A stretch of DNA of 64,000 nucleotides from Eledone cirrhosa. Lineage: Eukaryota. Below, piece after piece: positions 28,655 to 42,007 of this stretch (positions are counted from its first letter, which is position 1; every line of letters starts with the position of its first letter). Below the pieces are notes generated by a model. The model did not search any database and had not been told where the DNA came from. It saw only the letters and a list, made by a program, of their open reading frames with translations. The stretch lies in the NCBI GenBank assembly GCA_964016885.1, contig OZ024745.1, positions 130,386,001-130,450,000 on the forward strand, in the 5' to 3' direction. Made by a program: the position numbers and the translations under genes.

Positions 28655-28818
28655 AGATCAAAAGATGGTTAAAGGAGTTCCATGTATTTTATTATGCGCA
28701 TTTCAAAAACAAACATCATCATGCAATAATATTTGTGTTTTCATCAGATAAAACAGGAGAACATGATATGAAGGCTAAAAAACACTTGTGGATAGTGCAA
28801 TTTTAAATCAACATATCA
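28650..28818 (-). mobile_element. PLE derivative, family L, with intact hammerhead at 28687-28753 (-)
   Basis: ttttat-CTGATGA-long stem II-GAAA-tgcgcaTA-ataaaa; homologous to 34755-35064 and 49503-49909. Confidence 0.85.
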
Positions 28819-28943
28819 TATATATATATAAATGAAAAATGGCGAGCTGTGTTGTTGCATATATGATATATATATACTAAAATGAAGAATTAGAAATAGA
28901 AGCCAGGACTATCAGTCATCAGTGGTTTATATATATATATAAA

Positions 28944-29090
28944 GCCTGTCGTAAACCAGAAGGCTCATTGGCCGGTGCTTATCCCGGATTCATGGCGTGA
29001 AGCGACTGAGAGTACAAGACTTCCCCCTGGACAGGACGCCAATCCATCGCTGGGATAAACCCCCACCTATTGCTGAGTATACTGGAACAA
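28944..29090 (-). mobile_element. SINE 3' fragment (family B-related)
   Basis: Ends in GCTGAGTATACTGGAACAA, matching the GCTGAGTAAACTGGAGCAA core at 47664. Confidence 0.5.
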
Positions 29091-29844
29091 AATATTCTCC
29101 CTAAAAAGACTATATTTTTCGTTTTGAGAAGGAAGAACTCACTATTATCGGATTTTATTGTCCTGCGTTCAAATGCTGTAAGGGGCCGATAAAATAAAGC
29201 ACCGGGATAATTGCTGGCCTTTTGCCAAAAGTATAAACTATTATTATCGGATTGAGCAGTGACATTCCTAAGCTTGAAAATATATTTTTATATTTGTTTT
29301 GAAGTAGTCCAACATGAGCAGCTTCTGGCTTTTAGGAACGCTTACGATAAGCAAATAAATGTGTTTTGTTGATTGTGTAATATTCTTTTCAGCATGAGTC
29401 ATACCTATATACTGATTAGTATAGCATGTTTGACTACGAAGGATCAAGCAGCTTTCAAGAAGGAAGCTATCGCTGTATCACTATCTTCGGCTTTTAAGGC
29501 AACGAGTACATTGTCGTTTTTTGCTGAGTCAAGTTACCTGGAAAATTTATAAAAAAGAACAAATTAGTAATAAGTTAGAGCTCAAGGTAGTCGTGTTTTC
29601 AAAAGGCTGACGCAGGCTGTATACATATATGTATATATCTATCTATCTGTCTACCTATATATATATATGTACACACACACACATACACACACACGCACAC
29701 ACACGCACATACGTGTGTGTGTGTGCGTGTGTGTGTATGTGTGTGTGTACATATATATATAGGTAGACAGAGAGATAGATATATACACGAATATATATAA
29801 ATATATATGAAAAATAAAATTTCGCTCTACATGGCTGAATACAA

Positions 29845-30046
29845 TAAATGTAATCTGAGTTTTTCAAATATTAATAACAACATTCCATTCCTTTGCAATT
29901 TTGCAACAAGCTCCGTTCGCATGCCAACACAAGAGCAAGAATGAAGTGTTCATTCTACTGACATGGCTATAAAATTGAGGCTTGTTTGCAAAATTGCAAA
30001 CGAATTGAATGTTATTATTATTCGAAAAACTCAGATTACATTTATT
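29845..30046. mobile_element. Family K copy with inverted arms (29845-29911 and 29980-30044)
   Basis: TAAATGTAATCTGAGTTTTTC.. and ..GAAAAACTCAGATTACATTTA are reverse complements. Confidence 0.8.
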
Positions 30047-30051
30047 ATATA

Positions 30052-30182
<131 letters not shown>

Positions 30183-30384
30183 GTGTATATGTGTGTGTGT
30201 GTATATATATATATATAAGTATGTATATATATACATACTACTGTACGTACGTCTGTATACATATATGTATGTACGTACACATACTTATATATATATATAT
30301 ATATATATATGTACGTATACATACTTATATTTAAGTATCAACCGTACTAGGAGTGAGAAATGAAATTTCATTTCATTCTTTTCC

Positions 30385-30440
<56 letters not shown>

Positions 30441-30444
<4 letters not shown>

Positions 30445-30638
30445 GAAAAGAATTACTTCAGTTGTAGTTCTAAACAATTTAATTTAAATCATTTAATATT
30501 GTGATTTTACAATTTGGTTTTATAGAACTAGTTCTACAAAACCAAATTGTTAAATCAGATTAAATTATTTAGAACTACAAGTGAAGTCATTATTTCCTAT
30601 TTTCTAAATATGTACCAAGGATTTCACATATTTTCCAA
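30441..30638 (+). mobile_element. Fold-back element: palindrome 30443-30598 centred on AGAACTAGTTCT + tail, in (TA)n
   Basis: Imperfect arms; (TA)n flanks. Confidence 0.7.
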
Positions 30639-30680
30639 TATATATATACACACACACACATATATATATATATATTTAGT

Positions 30681-30890
30681 GACGGCGCGTGGCTGAGTGG
30701 TTAGAGAATTGGATTCGCAATCGTGAGGTTATGAGTGCAATTCCCGGGCCGGGTGATGCGTTATGTCCTTGAGCAAGAAACTTTATTTCACGTTGCTCCT
30801 CCTCCAAGAGTTGCTACCGATAGATAGCAATTGGAAAGACCGATGGGAGCATTGTTTCCTCGGTCCGATTTGACGAAAGTCTGTCGATTG

Positions 30891-30895
<5 letters not shown>
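30681..30895 (+). mobile_element. tRNA-derived CORE-type SINE family B
   Basis: GGCGCGTGGCTGAGTGGTTAG A box, degenerate B box, CORE-like body, TA tail. Confidence 0.85.
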
Positions 30896-30938
<43 letters not shown>

Positions 30939-30940
30939 AT

Positions 30941-31025
30941 TGAATAATATTATAGATACTCCAGATAAATTTTATCGAGTGCTTCTAATCTATTGTAAAA
31001 TTGAATTCGTTGAATAATCAACGAA

Positions 31026-31028
<3 letters not shown>
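30941..31028 (+). mobile_element. Isolated PLE-type tail
   Basis: ATACTCCAG..ATCGAGTGCTT motif between (TA)n tracts. Confidence 0.55.
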
Positions 31029-31103
<75 letters not shown>

Positions 31104-31476
31104 ATGTATATATATATGTACATACAAGCCTACATATATACACACACAACCAGAAAGTATACCAATAGTTAGGAAGTTATAAGTACAATCCATTATTGGA
31201 ACTGTAAAAGTATATAAAACATTCCAAAATTTCTGCATATAATAACTGCATATACACAGTGATACAAAACACATACACCTGCACACATATAGCTGAAAGC
31301 TTACAGATCCACATATAAAATAACATCCGTACCTGCACACACACACGCATACAGACATGCATATATATTTATCTAGTTGATGTCTAAATTCCAATGAAAG
31401 AGCCTTGTGTCTATCGTAGAACCCGACTCTCTCTTTCTCTCTCTCTCTCTCTCACTCTCTCAGTCTCTCACTCTCT

Positions 31477-31523
<47 letters not shown>

Positions 31524-31619
31524 TGGTAAAAATTTATAAAATAATTACCCCAGAAGTATATATCAAGACATTGAGACATTGAGAATATGATAGATAGACA
31601 GAGATAGCGAGAGAGAGGG

Positions 31620-31830
31620 CAACATGAATGGACCTGTTGTTTTTCTCTAAACACATTTTTTCCAATTCCACCCCGTCGGACCCTTCAATCTTTCTAATTT
31701 CTCATTCTTTCTTCTGATGAAAGACTAGCGTCCGAAACGTTAAGACTCTCTTCCTGCTATTTCAAGCGTTAACCTAATATATTCCTTCCATATAATCTAC
31801 TGAATGTGTTGTTATTTCTGTTTACGTTCT
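31620..31830 (+). mobile_element. PLE 3' remnant, family E, with minimal hammerhead at 31711-31744
   Basis: ctt-CTGATGA-aagac-tagc-gtcc-GAAACGTT-aag, the typical PLE minimal hammerhead with palindromic stem III; ends in (TA)n. Confidence 0.8.
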
Positions 31831-31983
31831 ATATATATATATATTAAAAGAACAGATTAAAGTTTAAGCAAAGAATTGCTGCTTTCACTCTTAATAAATA
31901 TTTGCTCTACGGATTTTATATATATATATATAATCCTTATCGAGCCCTCTTTGGGTTTTAGTCTTCACATTTATTATTATTAC

Positions 31984-32050
<67 letters not shown>

Positions 32051-32309
32051 CTCTTGATTGACCTTTCGCACAGTTTCCAACATCCAGATTTTATAGTTTT
32101 CATCGACTCGAATCTAATTGTTGGAGAAACTTCCTCCAGGGAGGAGAGCCCAGTTAATATAAATATGAGTACACGTGGCTATGACATTCTTATTTTTTAT
32201 TTGTTTACTTCACGTTCATAGACCCAATCAATTTCGAAACTTGCCTCCATAATTATTCTGAAATTATTATTCGTCAGTGTGGCTAACACAAGAAAGCGAT
32301 GAAATAGCA

Positions 32310-32488
32310 ATAATTGTTTCTATTTTAGGCACAAGGCTAGCAATTAACCAGTACATTACTGGTACTTTATTTTATCGACCCCATAAGGCTGAAAGGCAAA
32401 GTTAACCTCGGCCGGATTTGAACTCAGATCGTAAAGGGACGTAACTATGCTGGAAAGCATATCCGACCCTCTACCGATACTGCCAATA
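32310..32488 (-). mobile_element. SINE family A
   Basis: Consensus match. Confidence 0.85.
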
Positions 32489-33089
32489 TAGCAATAATGT
32501 ACACCAAACACCTATTAGCCTCCATTTAATTACATTTAACCAATGATCTAGGCAAAATCTGACCCTGTGTATCTTTTTTTTCATCTTTTTGTTATTTTTA
32601 AGCACAGACAAAAGACATTAATAATTTGAGATGTCAGCCATACTGTCAGACAATAAGTTTGAAAACCTTGACATATTGATTGTTCCCTGTTTATTTTACC
32701 ACAGGCTGACAGTGAATATATGAACGGCCAATTAGAAACTCGCTCTGCATATATTTTTTATTATGCAGCTTCACTTCACTATATATCCTATGGGACGTGC
32801 TAGCTACCAATGGAGAAGCTAGCTGCTTAAACCGGACACTGGTTACAGTTACTATAACAAATGGCTGTTGGCAGTTTGACGAGTGATGGGCGGCAATGTG
32901 AAACGCTAGATTCATTTTATCGGTGTTGGGAGGCAATGACATTAAAATCAGACTAAATGGGAATACTTTTCTGCTCGTGTTTAAATGTCTAAACGAGATG
33001 CAGAAGATTTCATAGAATGAATTGACTTGACGTTATTGGAGACTCCACCCTTTCAACGAAATGGCCTGTATAAAGATTGTGTATCTGTG

Positions 33090-33945
33090 TATATCCTGGT
33101 GTGTGTGTGTAAATGTGCAAATGTGTACATGTATGTGCGTATTCGTATATGTGTGCATGTGTATATACGTATATTTGTGTGCAGAAATTTCCAATGGAGT
33201 TATATGTATAGACGTATGCGCATATGTACGTATGGGTGTATATTTATATGTGCGTGTACAAATATGAAAGTGTCCATGGATATATATACGTATGGGTGTA
33301 TACTTATATGTGAGTACATATATGTAAGTGTGTACTTGGATAGGCGTTTGAGCATACGCATGTATGGGTGTATACTTATGTGTGTGTGTACAAATACACA
33401 AGTGTGTATTTGTATACGCATATGCCCATATATATATATATGTGTTTATATATATATGTGTGTGTACAAATACACAAGTGTGTATGGAAACATTAACGAA
33501 TATGTGTGTGTATAAATATGCAAGTGTATGGCCATATGTGTATGGGTGTATATATACGTGTAAATGCCCATATATGTATGGGTGTATACCTATTTGCGTG
33601 TACAATTATGCAAGTGTGTACTTGTATACGCATAAATACATATATACGTATGAGTGTATGCGTATGTTTGTGTACAATTAATTATACAGGTGTGTGTATG
33701 TATACACGTATGCACATATATATGTATTGGTGTATATACATATCTATATCTGTGTGTACAATTATACAGCTGTGTATATGTGTTCGCGTATGTGCGTGTA
33801 CAATTATACAGGTGTGTATGTATGTTCGCGTATGTGCGTGTACGATTATACAGGTGTGTGTATGTATACATATACACACCTGCGTATATATAGGTATGGG
33901 TGTATAGATATCTGTGTATGTCAATGTATATGTATCAGTCTGTCT
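33090..33945. repeat. Degenerate TG/TA-based minisatellite (recurring TATGGGTGTATA and GTGTACAAATA/ATTATACA motifs)
   Basis: Direct inspection. Confidence 0.75.
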
Positions 33946-34064
33946 ACATATAACGCCCATCTGGAGTGAAAGAAAACATTTAATGTATTTGTTAGATATG
34001 CCAATTGGTCAGACGAAAGTAAAATATTGCTGAGTTTGGAGAATTAGATGAAATTGCGAGGGTA

Positions 34065-34283
34065 TTTGGTTCTACTTTAGGCACAAAGCCAGCAATTTGA
34101 AGAGAACGGGGAAATCGATTACATCGAACCCAGTACATTACTGGTGCTTTATTTTATCGATTCCGTAAGGATGAAAGGCAAAGCTAACCCCGACGGGATT
34201 TGAACTCAGAACGTAAACGGCTATAAATCTATGCTGCAAAACATGGCGTCTGACACTCTCCCAACACTGCCAATCCACTGCCC
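34065..34283 (-). mobile_element. SINE family A (long variant)
   Basis: Consensus match. Confidence 0.8.
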
Positions 34284-34396
34284 TTGGAATTGCGATGATA
34301 ATAACCTTCAAATATGTTCTACTGTGGTATATTTCATCGATATCATATCAGAATATATTAGCAACATTATCACCATCATCATCATTGTCGTCATCA

Positions 34397-34542
<146 letters not shown>

Positions 34543-34699
34543 CTGCAGGTTCACCGGGGGTCAGCACTCGACGTTTAGGTTCACTTCTGTGATGATGTGT
34601 AGAGCTATACAGAGTGTAATATATATATATATTGTGTAATATATATATATATATATATAAAGATATATATATATTTGTATATATATATGTATATATATG

Positions 34700-34732
<33 letters not shown>

Positions 34733-34754
34733 TTGTATATATATATATATATAT

Positions 34755-35057
34755 AATGTAGGAGGTGAGTTTTATTGTAGTACAATAAAGCAATGCAGAT
34801 ATCGGATAAGAAGCACTCTACAGTTTGTGGGACTGGAGTATGCATAATATAAGATCAAAAGATGGTTAAAGGAGTTCCATATATTTTATTATGCGCATTT
34901 CAAAAACAAACATCATCATGCAATAATAATATTTGTGTTTTCATCAGATAAAACATGTTTTATCTGATGAAAACACAAATATTATTATTGCATGATGATG
35001 TTTGTTTTTGAAATACGCATAATAAAATATATGGAACTCCTTTAACCATCTTTTGAT

Positions 35058-35064
<7 letters not shown>
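34755..35064 (-). mobile_element. Family L: near-perfect 218-bp palindrome (34847-35064) with back-to-back hammerheads + tail 34755-34846
   Basis: Centre ATAAAACA|TGTTTTAT at 34955/34956, no spacer, one mismatch seen; hammerheads at 34884-34953 (-) and 34958-35027 (+). Confidence 0.9.
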
Positions 35065-35131
<67 letters not shown>

Positions 35132-35159
35132 TCTCTGTGTGTGTGTTTCTCCCGGTTTC

Positions 35160-35361
35160 AAAGAAATGGCTTCTACAGGACTAGAACTGTTTCATTGGGG
35201 GAGAATTGATCAGGAAAGCTTTCTTGATGACTTCTCCCGAATGAAACGGTTTTAGTCCTGTAGAAGCAATTTTTATATTATATATATCTATATCTATATA
35301 TATATATCTGATGATTTCTCCCGAATGAAACAGTTCTAGTCCTGTAGAAGCCATTTCTTTA
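35160..35361. mobile_element. PLE derivative, family Q: palindrome plus extra arm, hammerhead-like core
   Basis: CTGATGAtttc..gaatGAAAcagttctaGTC; relatives at 44961, 49306 and 50988. Confidence 0.7.
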
Positions 35362-36319
35362 TATATATGTGTGGGTCTGTGGGTGTGTGTGTGTGTGTGC
35401 GTGCATGTATGTATGGACGTATGTATTATGTATGTGAGTATGTATATATGTGTGTATAGCTCTCTCTACATGATAATAATACTTAAGTTACTACAATTAA
35501 TGACGACTGCAACCGTCATCTAAATCATAACACACTCTTATCTAGCACTTCATTTACAATGTTTACCATCGAAAGCTCTGAATCTCCTCCATTTAACATG
35601 TCATATCCTGCCACGTCCAACTGAGATCTCTTACAGACAGTATCTCTCCTGACTTCATAATTGATTGTTCAATTGTTGTCATCATTTCACCAACAAAAGA
35701 CAGCAGACACTTCTATGTGTCAAATGTAACTATAGGAGTAGAGTATAACAATAACATTAAACAAACAAGCAAAAAACAAATGCAATGCCGTCAACAATGG
35801 ACACAACAACAGCAACAACAACAACATCAACAACGAAAATAACAATGATAATAGGTACAAGGACAATGTCGACAATATCAAGGAGATTGGACAACGGTGA
35901 TAACAAACTGAATTCAACGACAATAATATTAGGAGCTGCGGGACTAGCAGGAGCTGCGACACAAACAGCAACAGCATAGTTGGTTGTAAATAACTTCTTT
36001 CGCATCAATGGTAAACGATATTGGACAATAGATCGTGTGGTGGAGATTGACGTACAGTGGCGGCGATGCGGTTGATGGTGTTATTAGCAGGGCTTGTGGA
36101 GGGGCTGATGTGTCCATCATCGTGACAGTCACCGTCGGAGATTTGTTAGCAGTATTAGGAAAATGCCAGTGTTGTGAATGAAGTAATTTTATTAAGTGGG
36201 TCGTAAGCTTGCCTCTGTGCAGTGGTAGAGGCGATGGTGAAAACTTGGAAGTTTTGGTGTGACCTATGGGTTTAATAATCATAGTGAAAGATGTGTCAAT
36301 GTTTGTAGCGAATAAACGT

Positions 36320-36617
36320 AACCGAAATAGGGTTCCTCTGAAGGGTCTTTGAAGTAACGTTACTCGATAGAGCACGGAACTGGGAAATCAGAGAGTCACT
36401 CCAGGTAGAGCCGCTACTTCTCCGAATTGAGAGATCACAGCTCCGATACTATGGGCATGTCTTTAGTATGTCCCAGGAAAGAATCGCTGGACAGATTTAA
36501 CGGAAAAACCTAACCGGCAGGGCATCCGGGGGTAGTAGAAGAAGAAGAAGAAGAAGAAGAAGAAGAAGAAGAAGAAGAAGAAGAAGAAGAAGAAGAAGAA
36601 GAAGAAGAAGAAGAAGA
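36320..36617 (+). pseudogene. RTE-clade LINE fragment (same family as 15212) with (AAG)n
   Basis: EIGFL*RVFEVTLLDRARNWEIRESLQVEPLLLRIERSQLRYYGHVFSMSQERIAGQI; (AAG)n at 36538-36617. Confidence 0.8.
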
Positions 36618-36764
36618 CGTCTCATAAGCTTCATGCTGGAGTTTGTTTTGTTGGCTGTGATGACCGTGGTGGCAGCTGTGGGATTCAAGTTTGATACTGC
36701 GGTGGTATGACTGCCCCTGTGTGGTGATATAGGAGATGGGGAAGATTTGGTGTGGTTAAGGCTT

Positions 36765-36887
36765 TAATAATTGTTTCTACTTTTGGCACAAGGCCAGCAA
36801 TTAACAGTACATTACTGGTACTTTATTTTATCGACCTCGTAAGGATGAAAGGCAAAGTTAACCTCGGCGGGATTTGAACTCAGAATG
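36765..36887 (-). mobile_element. SINE family A, truncated
   Basis: Consensus match. Confidence 0.85.
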
Positions 36888-37505
36888 GTGGAAGAGATTT
36901 CAACTGTTGAAGCTCTGATATTTGTGGGATATGTTTAGTGGGGTGTTCTGTGTAGTGGTTATTGTGCTCCATCTATCCCGTCACACAGACCTATCCTGAA
37001 ATATACCATCCTTTATACGTTCATTGTTATTCAGCCATAGAATATCCCAATTCAGGTATATACGCTTTTTTTCCAATCTATAATCACTTTACATACAAGG
37101 GTATCAGGGGAAATATCTCAACAATATAAATCAGATGAGTTACCGCCTCTGCTTTCGGTCTCTATACTCTACTCACAAATGATATAGTTGTTTTTTTTAT
37201 CTCACATTTCTTCAATTTCTCAACTTTTTTTAAACATTAATGTCTGGTGATTCTACCGTGAAAATGTAGATACATATTTTCCAATATTATATCGAAAGAA
37301 TGTTCTTCATTCGTTTCTTCTTCTTTTCTTATGACACTCAGCATTTTCCCTTTATTTGCTTCTAAGTATTTGTCTAATCTCACCATTTTTATTTCGTACT
37401 AGTGTTCAAGTTGTATCTATTCTATATATTTCCTTTGTAAATATTTTTAAGTCAACCATATAGAGACATGTTAATGTCGTCATAAATAAACCAAATTATA
37501 TAGAG

Positions 37506-37668
37506 CAGGCATGGGAAAATTTTTTCAGCAGTGAGCCGCATAGAATGTAGACCATCTTAAGGCGAGTCACACTATTAAAACATTCAAGGTAATTTTGACA
37601 TTAGGAGTACCATTTAGAAAGCGAAACGAGCCGCATACGTCTCGCGGGCCGCAGTTTGCCCATAACTG
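37506..37668. mobile_element. hAT (Charlie-like) MITE
   Basis: TIRs CAGGCATGGGAAAA / TTTGCCCATAACTG, subterminal GAGCCGCA/GGGCCGCA motifs, 8-bp TSD ATATAGAG/ATTTAGAG (7 of 8). Confidence 0.8.
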
Positions 37669-37942
37669 ATTTAGAGAATAGTGAGTTACCCTGGCAAATG
37701 ACTTCTTTCTTGTTCATAGGCTGTTTATTAATGTTTATTATGTTTCATATATCTAATAGAGATATGTTGTATTGTTTATTGCCATAGCGTACTTAATAAA
37801 TTGTTATAAATAAGGGCTAGAATCATGTGGCTAAAATACCTTCACAGACTTGTTTAGATCTTAACAAATCAGAGACTTTCTCATAATACGTTCCTTTGAA
37901 TTTGGCATCCTTTCTGTTTCTCTGATAAGTAGCCTTATATGA

Positions 37943-38265
37943 AGACGCGTGGCTTACTGGTTACGACGTTGGACTTGCAATTAAGAGATTATGAGTTCCA
38001 TTCTCGGACCGAGTGTAGCGTTTTATCCTTGACCAAGGCACTTTATGTCACGTTGTTTCAATTCACTCACCTGTAGAAATGAGTTGCGACGTCACTCATT
38101 TCGGCCATTTCCTTTCATTTAGACCACATTGGTAGCGTAGCGAGGAAAGATTGGTATGTATGGGTGACTGCTGGTCTTCCACAAATAAACCTTTCCTAGA
38201 CTTGTGCCTCGGAGGGAAACATTTAGCTGCAAAGCCATGGTCATTAGTGAACGATGGGAACCTCA
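37943..38265 (+). mobile_element. CORE-type SINE family B, variant with different 3' tail
   Basis: tRNA head GACGCGTGGCTTACTGGTTA, core ATCCTTGACCAAGGCACTTTATGTCACGTTG. Confidence 0.7.
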
Positions 38266-39196
38266 CTGTAGCTTCATATTGAGCGTAAATGTAAGGGTTT
38301 TCCATGAATTTAGCAAGCATGTTATTTTCTAAGCTGCTTCTTGTATATTACTTTGGAAATTAATGTAGTTTTGCCATCCAGCAGCAAGTCATTTGTTGAT
38401 TACTGTTTGCTTCTCAGCGTGGTCGCTAGTCAGGTGCTTTAGGCAGAAATATGGTTTCCAGTTACTTGCAGTTTTTAACATTTACTGATCGTTGCCAAAT
38501 TTGGTGGACCATGCTAACTCTATTATATTTCGTGTTTTCTCTTTTTCTTCTTGACACATTATTCTAATTATTCTGGTTTCGTAAAAGAAGTATACTTAAA
38601 TCTTCTTTGATGTGTCCGCCGCTTTATATTTTGTTTTATTTTTTTATGTCACTGTATTATCTTGTATTTCATTCAAACAATTTCTTATTCTAGAAGATGC
38701 ATTTGCGTTTTTCCAAGGTTCTTAACCTAAATAATGTTTCTTAATATTATACGATTAACCATGTTTCTGTTTTGTTTCCAAATTATTTTACAATATTCTT
38801 CTTGCTTTTGTGATTTTGGTTTTTGTTTTGTGTATACCTGATTTCTCATTTAGTGTTTAGCTAAGCAAGGATGTGTATTATTTTCAATTTTGTGTTATAT
38901 ATGTTCTTTCCATGTTTTTTTTTGTTGGTTTTTGTTGTTATTGTCGTCGGTTTTTTTTTTTGGGGGGGGGGGGGGGGCAGAGTGTTTGGTTCTAACTGTA
39001 TAAAGCACATTGTCTTTCGATGTCACTATTGCTACAAAACACATCAAATCATTTAGTCTGTGGATAATTGATATATACAAAATTTCTTGCAGAGCTGCAT
39101 TGCATCTATTCATTTTTATAGGTTTCTAACTGGGGAAGTTGTTTTCGTTTATCTATAATACGTTCATCGGTTTTATATGCTTCTGTTATCATACAT

Positions 39197-39464
39197 TTGA
39201 GAGGGGAACTGAAAAGGTCTTGTCTTTGGGTTAAAGAAAATAGAGAAAGGTCAGTTAAAATAAAATACGGGAGGATCAGTTAAAAGGAAATACAGGAGGG
39301 TCAGGTAATAGAAAATACAAGAGGATCAGTTAATTATGATTATATTCAACACATTCGCCTCACAGATTCACACACTTATTGCAGTGGTCCTTCCCCCTCT
39401 TCAAAAGTAACCGCTCTACCCTTTGGCTTAAAGCCACGAGGTTACTTTGCAGCACCTCGTCGTA
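39197..39464. mobile_element. Mariner-like MITE remnant
   Basis: Degenerate TIRs GAGGGGAACTGAAAAGGTCTTGTCTTT / AAAGCCACGAGG..TTTGCAGCACCTCGTCGTA ending in TA; internal short tandem repeats. Confidence 0.55.
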
Positions 39465-39884
39465 TTGTTTCTGTTAAGTCCTCTTTAATACTAAATGCAG
39501 TTGAGCTATTGTAATGTGTTTTTAACAGTTGTTATTAAAAGTGAGTATGAGGGTAGACTTTTGCTGTGACTGTGTACGATGATTTCTATCATACATTCAT
39601 CATTTTAGATATTATTGTGTCTGTTTTGATTTGCTGTAATGCTTTATTTGCTTCGTGTTTGGTAAGCTCTGGTGTGCTTTCCCCGTAATGGATGTTGGGG
39701 GTGGTTTCGGTATTATACAGATACACGTCCCTCTAGTGCTGCTGTTTTCGAGGCGTTATACAAGTAAATTTTATGTGATGTAATCAGTGGTGATGTATTT
39801 TTTCGTTTGTTCCAGATCAGTGTCTGCTTTGTCTATGAAAACCTATATTTCGATTTTTTTCTATCTGGTTATTGTTTAATATAA

Positions 39885-40120
39885 ATCTCCACAGTTAGGC
39901 CAACGTTCTCGAACCGTAGCGGACGGAAAGAAATAGTATTTTTGCTCTGAATTTAATAGAAATCCAGCGCAATACGAAAATACAATTCAATAATGGAATA
40001 TTAGTTTGATGCTTGGTGAAGTTGAAAAAGTCCCTTAAAGTTTTGGACACTATTCCTTCATCTGAAACCAGAAAGCTAGATAGAAAAGGGAGAGGTTTCG
40101 GAGAGGGAAAAATTGAAGAC
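39885..40120 (-). mobile_element. Old PLE 3' remnant with decayed minimal hammerhead (40034-40066, -)
   Basis: - strand CAGATGAAGGAATAGTGTCCAAAACTTTAAG parallels the family E hammerhead. Confidence 0.5.
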
Positions 40121-40440
40121 ATATATATGTATGTGTGTGTGTTTGTATGCCTGTGTGCGTGTGTGTGTGCGTGTTTGTGTGTGTGTTTGTGTGTGTGTTT
40201 GTGTGTGTGTCTGCATGTGTGTGTTTGTGTGCATGCGTGTATGTGTGTATGTGTGTGTGTTTGCGCGTGTGTGTGTGTGCGTGTGCGTATGTGTATGTGT
40301 GTGTTTGTGTGTGTGCGCGTGTGTATGTTTGTTTGTGTGAGTATGTATATAATGATATATATATGATGTGAGAGCAGCATAATGACATATGGCGTTTCCT
40401 GGGCATTTTTTAGAGCCTGGCACAACCCATCTCATCTCCA

Positions 40441-40745
40441 AGTATGACCGCTGCCGGAGTATGACCGCTGCCGGAGTATGAGAGCTGCCGGAGTATGAGA
40501 GCTGTCGGAGTATGAGAGCTGCCGGAGTATGACCGCTGCCGGAGTATGAGCGCTGCCGGAGTATGACCGCTGCCGGAGTATGAGCGCTGTCGGAGTATGA
40601 GAGCTGTCGGAGTATGAGAGCTGCCGGAGTATGACCGCTGCCGGAGTATGAGCGCTGCCGGAGTATGACCGCTGTCGGAGTATGAGAGCTGCCGGAGTAT
40701 GAGAGCTGCCGGAGTATGAGAGCTGCCGGAGTATGAGAGCTGCCG
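40441..40745 (+). repeat. 17-bp GC-rich minisatellite, about 18 copies
   Basis: AGTATGA(CC/GA/GC)GCTG(C/T)CGG. Confidence 0.95.
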
Positions 40746-40825
40746 AAAGAAGGAGAAAGAGAATGAGACAATGCGAGAAGGTGCGAGTATGTATTTGTAT
40801 ATCTCTATATATATATATATACATT

Positions 40826-40866
<41 letters not shown>

Positions 40867-41066
40867 TTGTCTGTATATATATATATTTATATGTACACTG
40901 TAGATTTATACTGGTACATGTATGCTGAATCCTTCTAAGCTAGTAATCTTTATAACTGACAGGATCTTTAAACACAAATATTTCCTACATATTTATCTAG
41001 ATATATGTATATATGTGTGGTGGGAGGGGACTGTACACATTTTCTAATATATTGTATATATAAATG

Positions 41067-41099
<33 letters not shown>

Positions 41100-41111
41100 A
41101 TGTATGTATAT

Positions 41112-41330
41112 AAAAGGTAAACAGAAATAACAACACAATAGGTACAGTATATGGAAGGGATATATTAGGTTAACGCTTGATATAGCAGCAAGAGGGTCTT
41201 AACGTTTTGGACGCTAGTCTTTCATCAGAAGAAAGAATAAGAAATAAGATAGATCGAGGCGACGGGCGGGCTGAAATTGGAAAAAATTCATTTAGATAAA
41301 AATAACAGGTTCATTCATGTTGACATCTCT
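41112..41330 (-). mobile_element. PLE 3' remnant, family E; hammerhead 41198-41231 with GAAA>AAAA
   Basis: Reverse match to 31620-31830. Confidence 0.8.
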
Positions 41331-41647
41331 TGCAAAACTGTTGGTGATGGCGTTTTGTGTATGATTTATTTTTTAGAAGATTGTATGATGGAACACGTCT
41401 ACCTGAAATGGAAAAAAACCGTTTTGTCAAAAAATATAAATATATATATGAAGACACAAAGCAGGCTTGTATACAGGCCTGCTTTGTGTTCGCTTCTTTC
41501 ACGAAGATGCGTTCGTTGACGCGGCGCGTAAAGCAAATTCACGTAATTTAAGTCTAATTTCCTGATAAATAAAAAAAATTGTAAACCACACGCGTTATAG
41601 CGTGTTATTCGCGGAAAGTGAATATTTAATATTATTTTAATATTTCT

Positions 41648-41790
41648 AGCATAGTTACGTTCCTTTAGGATCCTAGTTCATATCCCGCCGAGGTTAACTT
41701 TGCCTTTCATCCTTAAGGGGTCGATAAAATCAAGTGCCACTAATACACTGGGATAATTGCTGGCCTTGTTCTAAAAGTAGAAACAATTAT
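41648..41790 (+). mobile_element. SINE family A
   Basis: Consensus match. Confidence 0.8.
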
Positions 41791-41900
41791 TTTTTCAAAG
41801 TGTGTTAGAGCGAATTCGCGTATTTCAACTTCGCGTAAAAGGTGAAAAGACTGTATATATGTGTGTAGTGTATATATATATATATGCATAAGTATATGCA

Positions 41901-42007
<107 letters not shown>

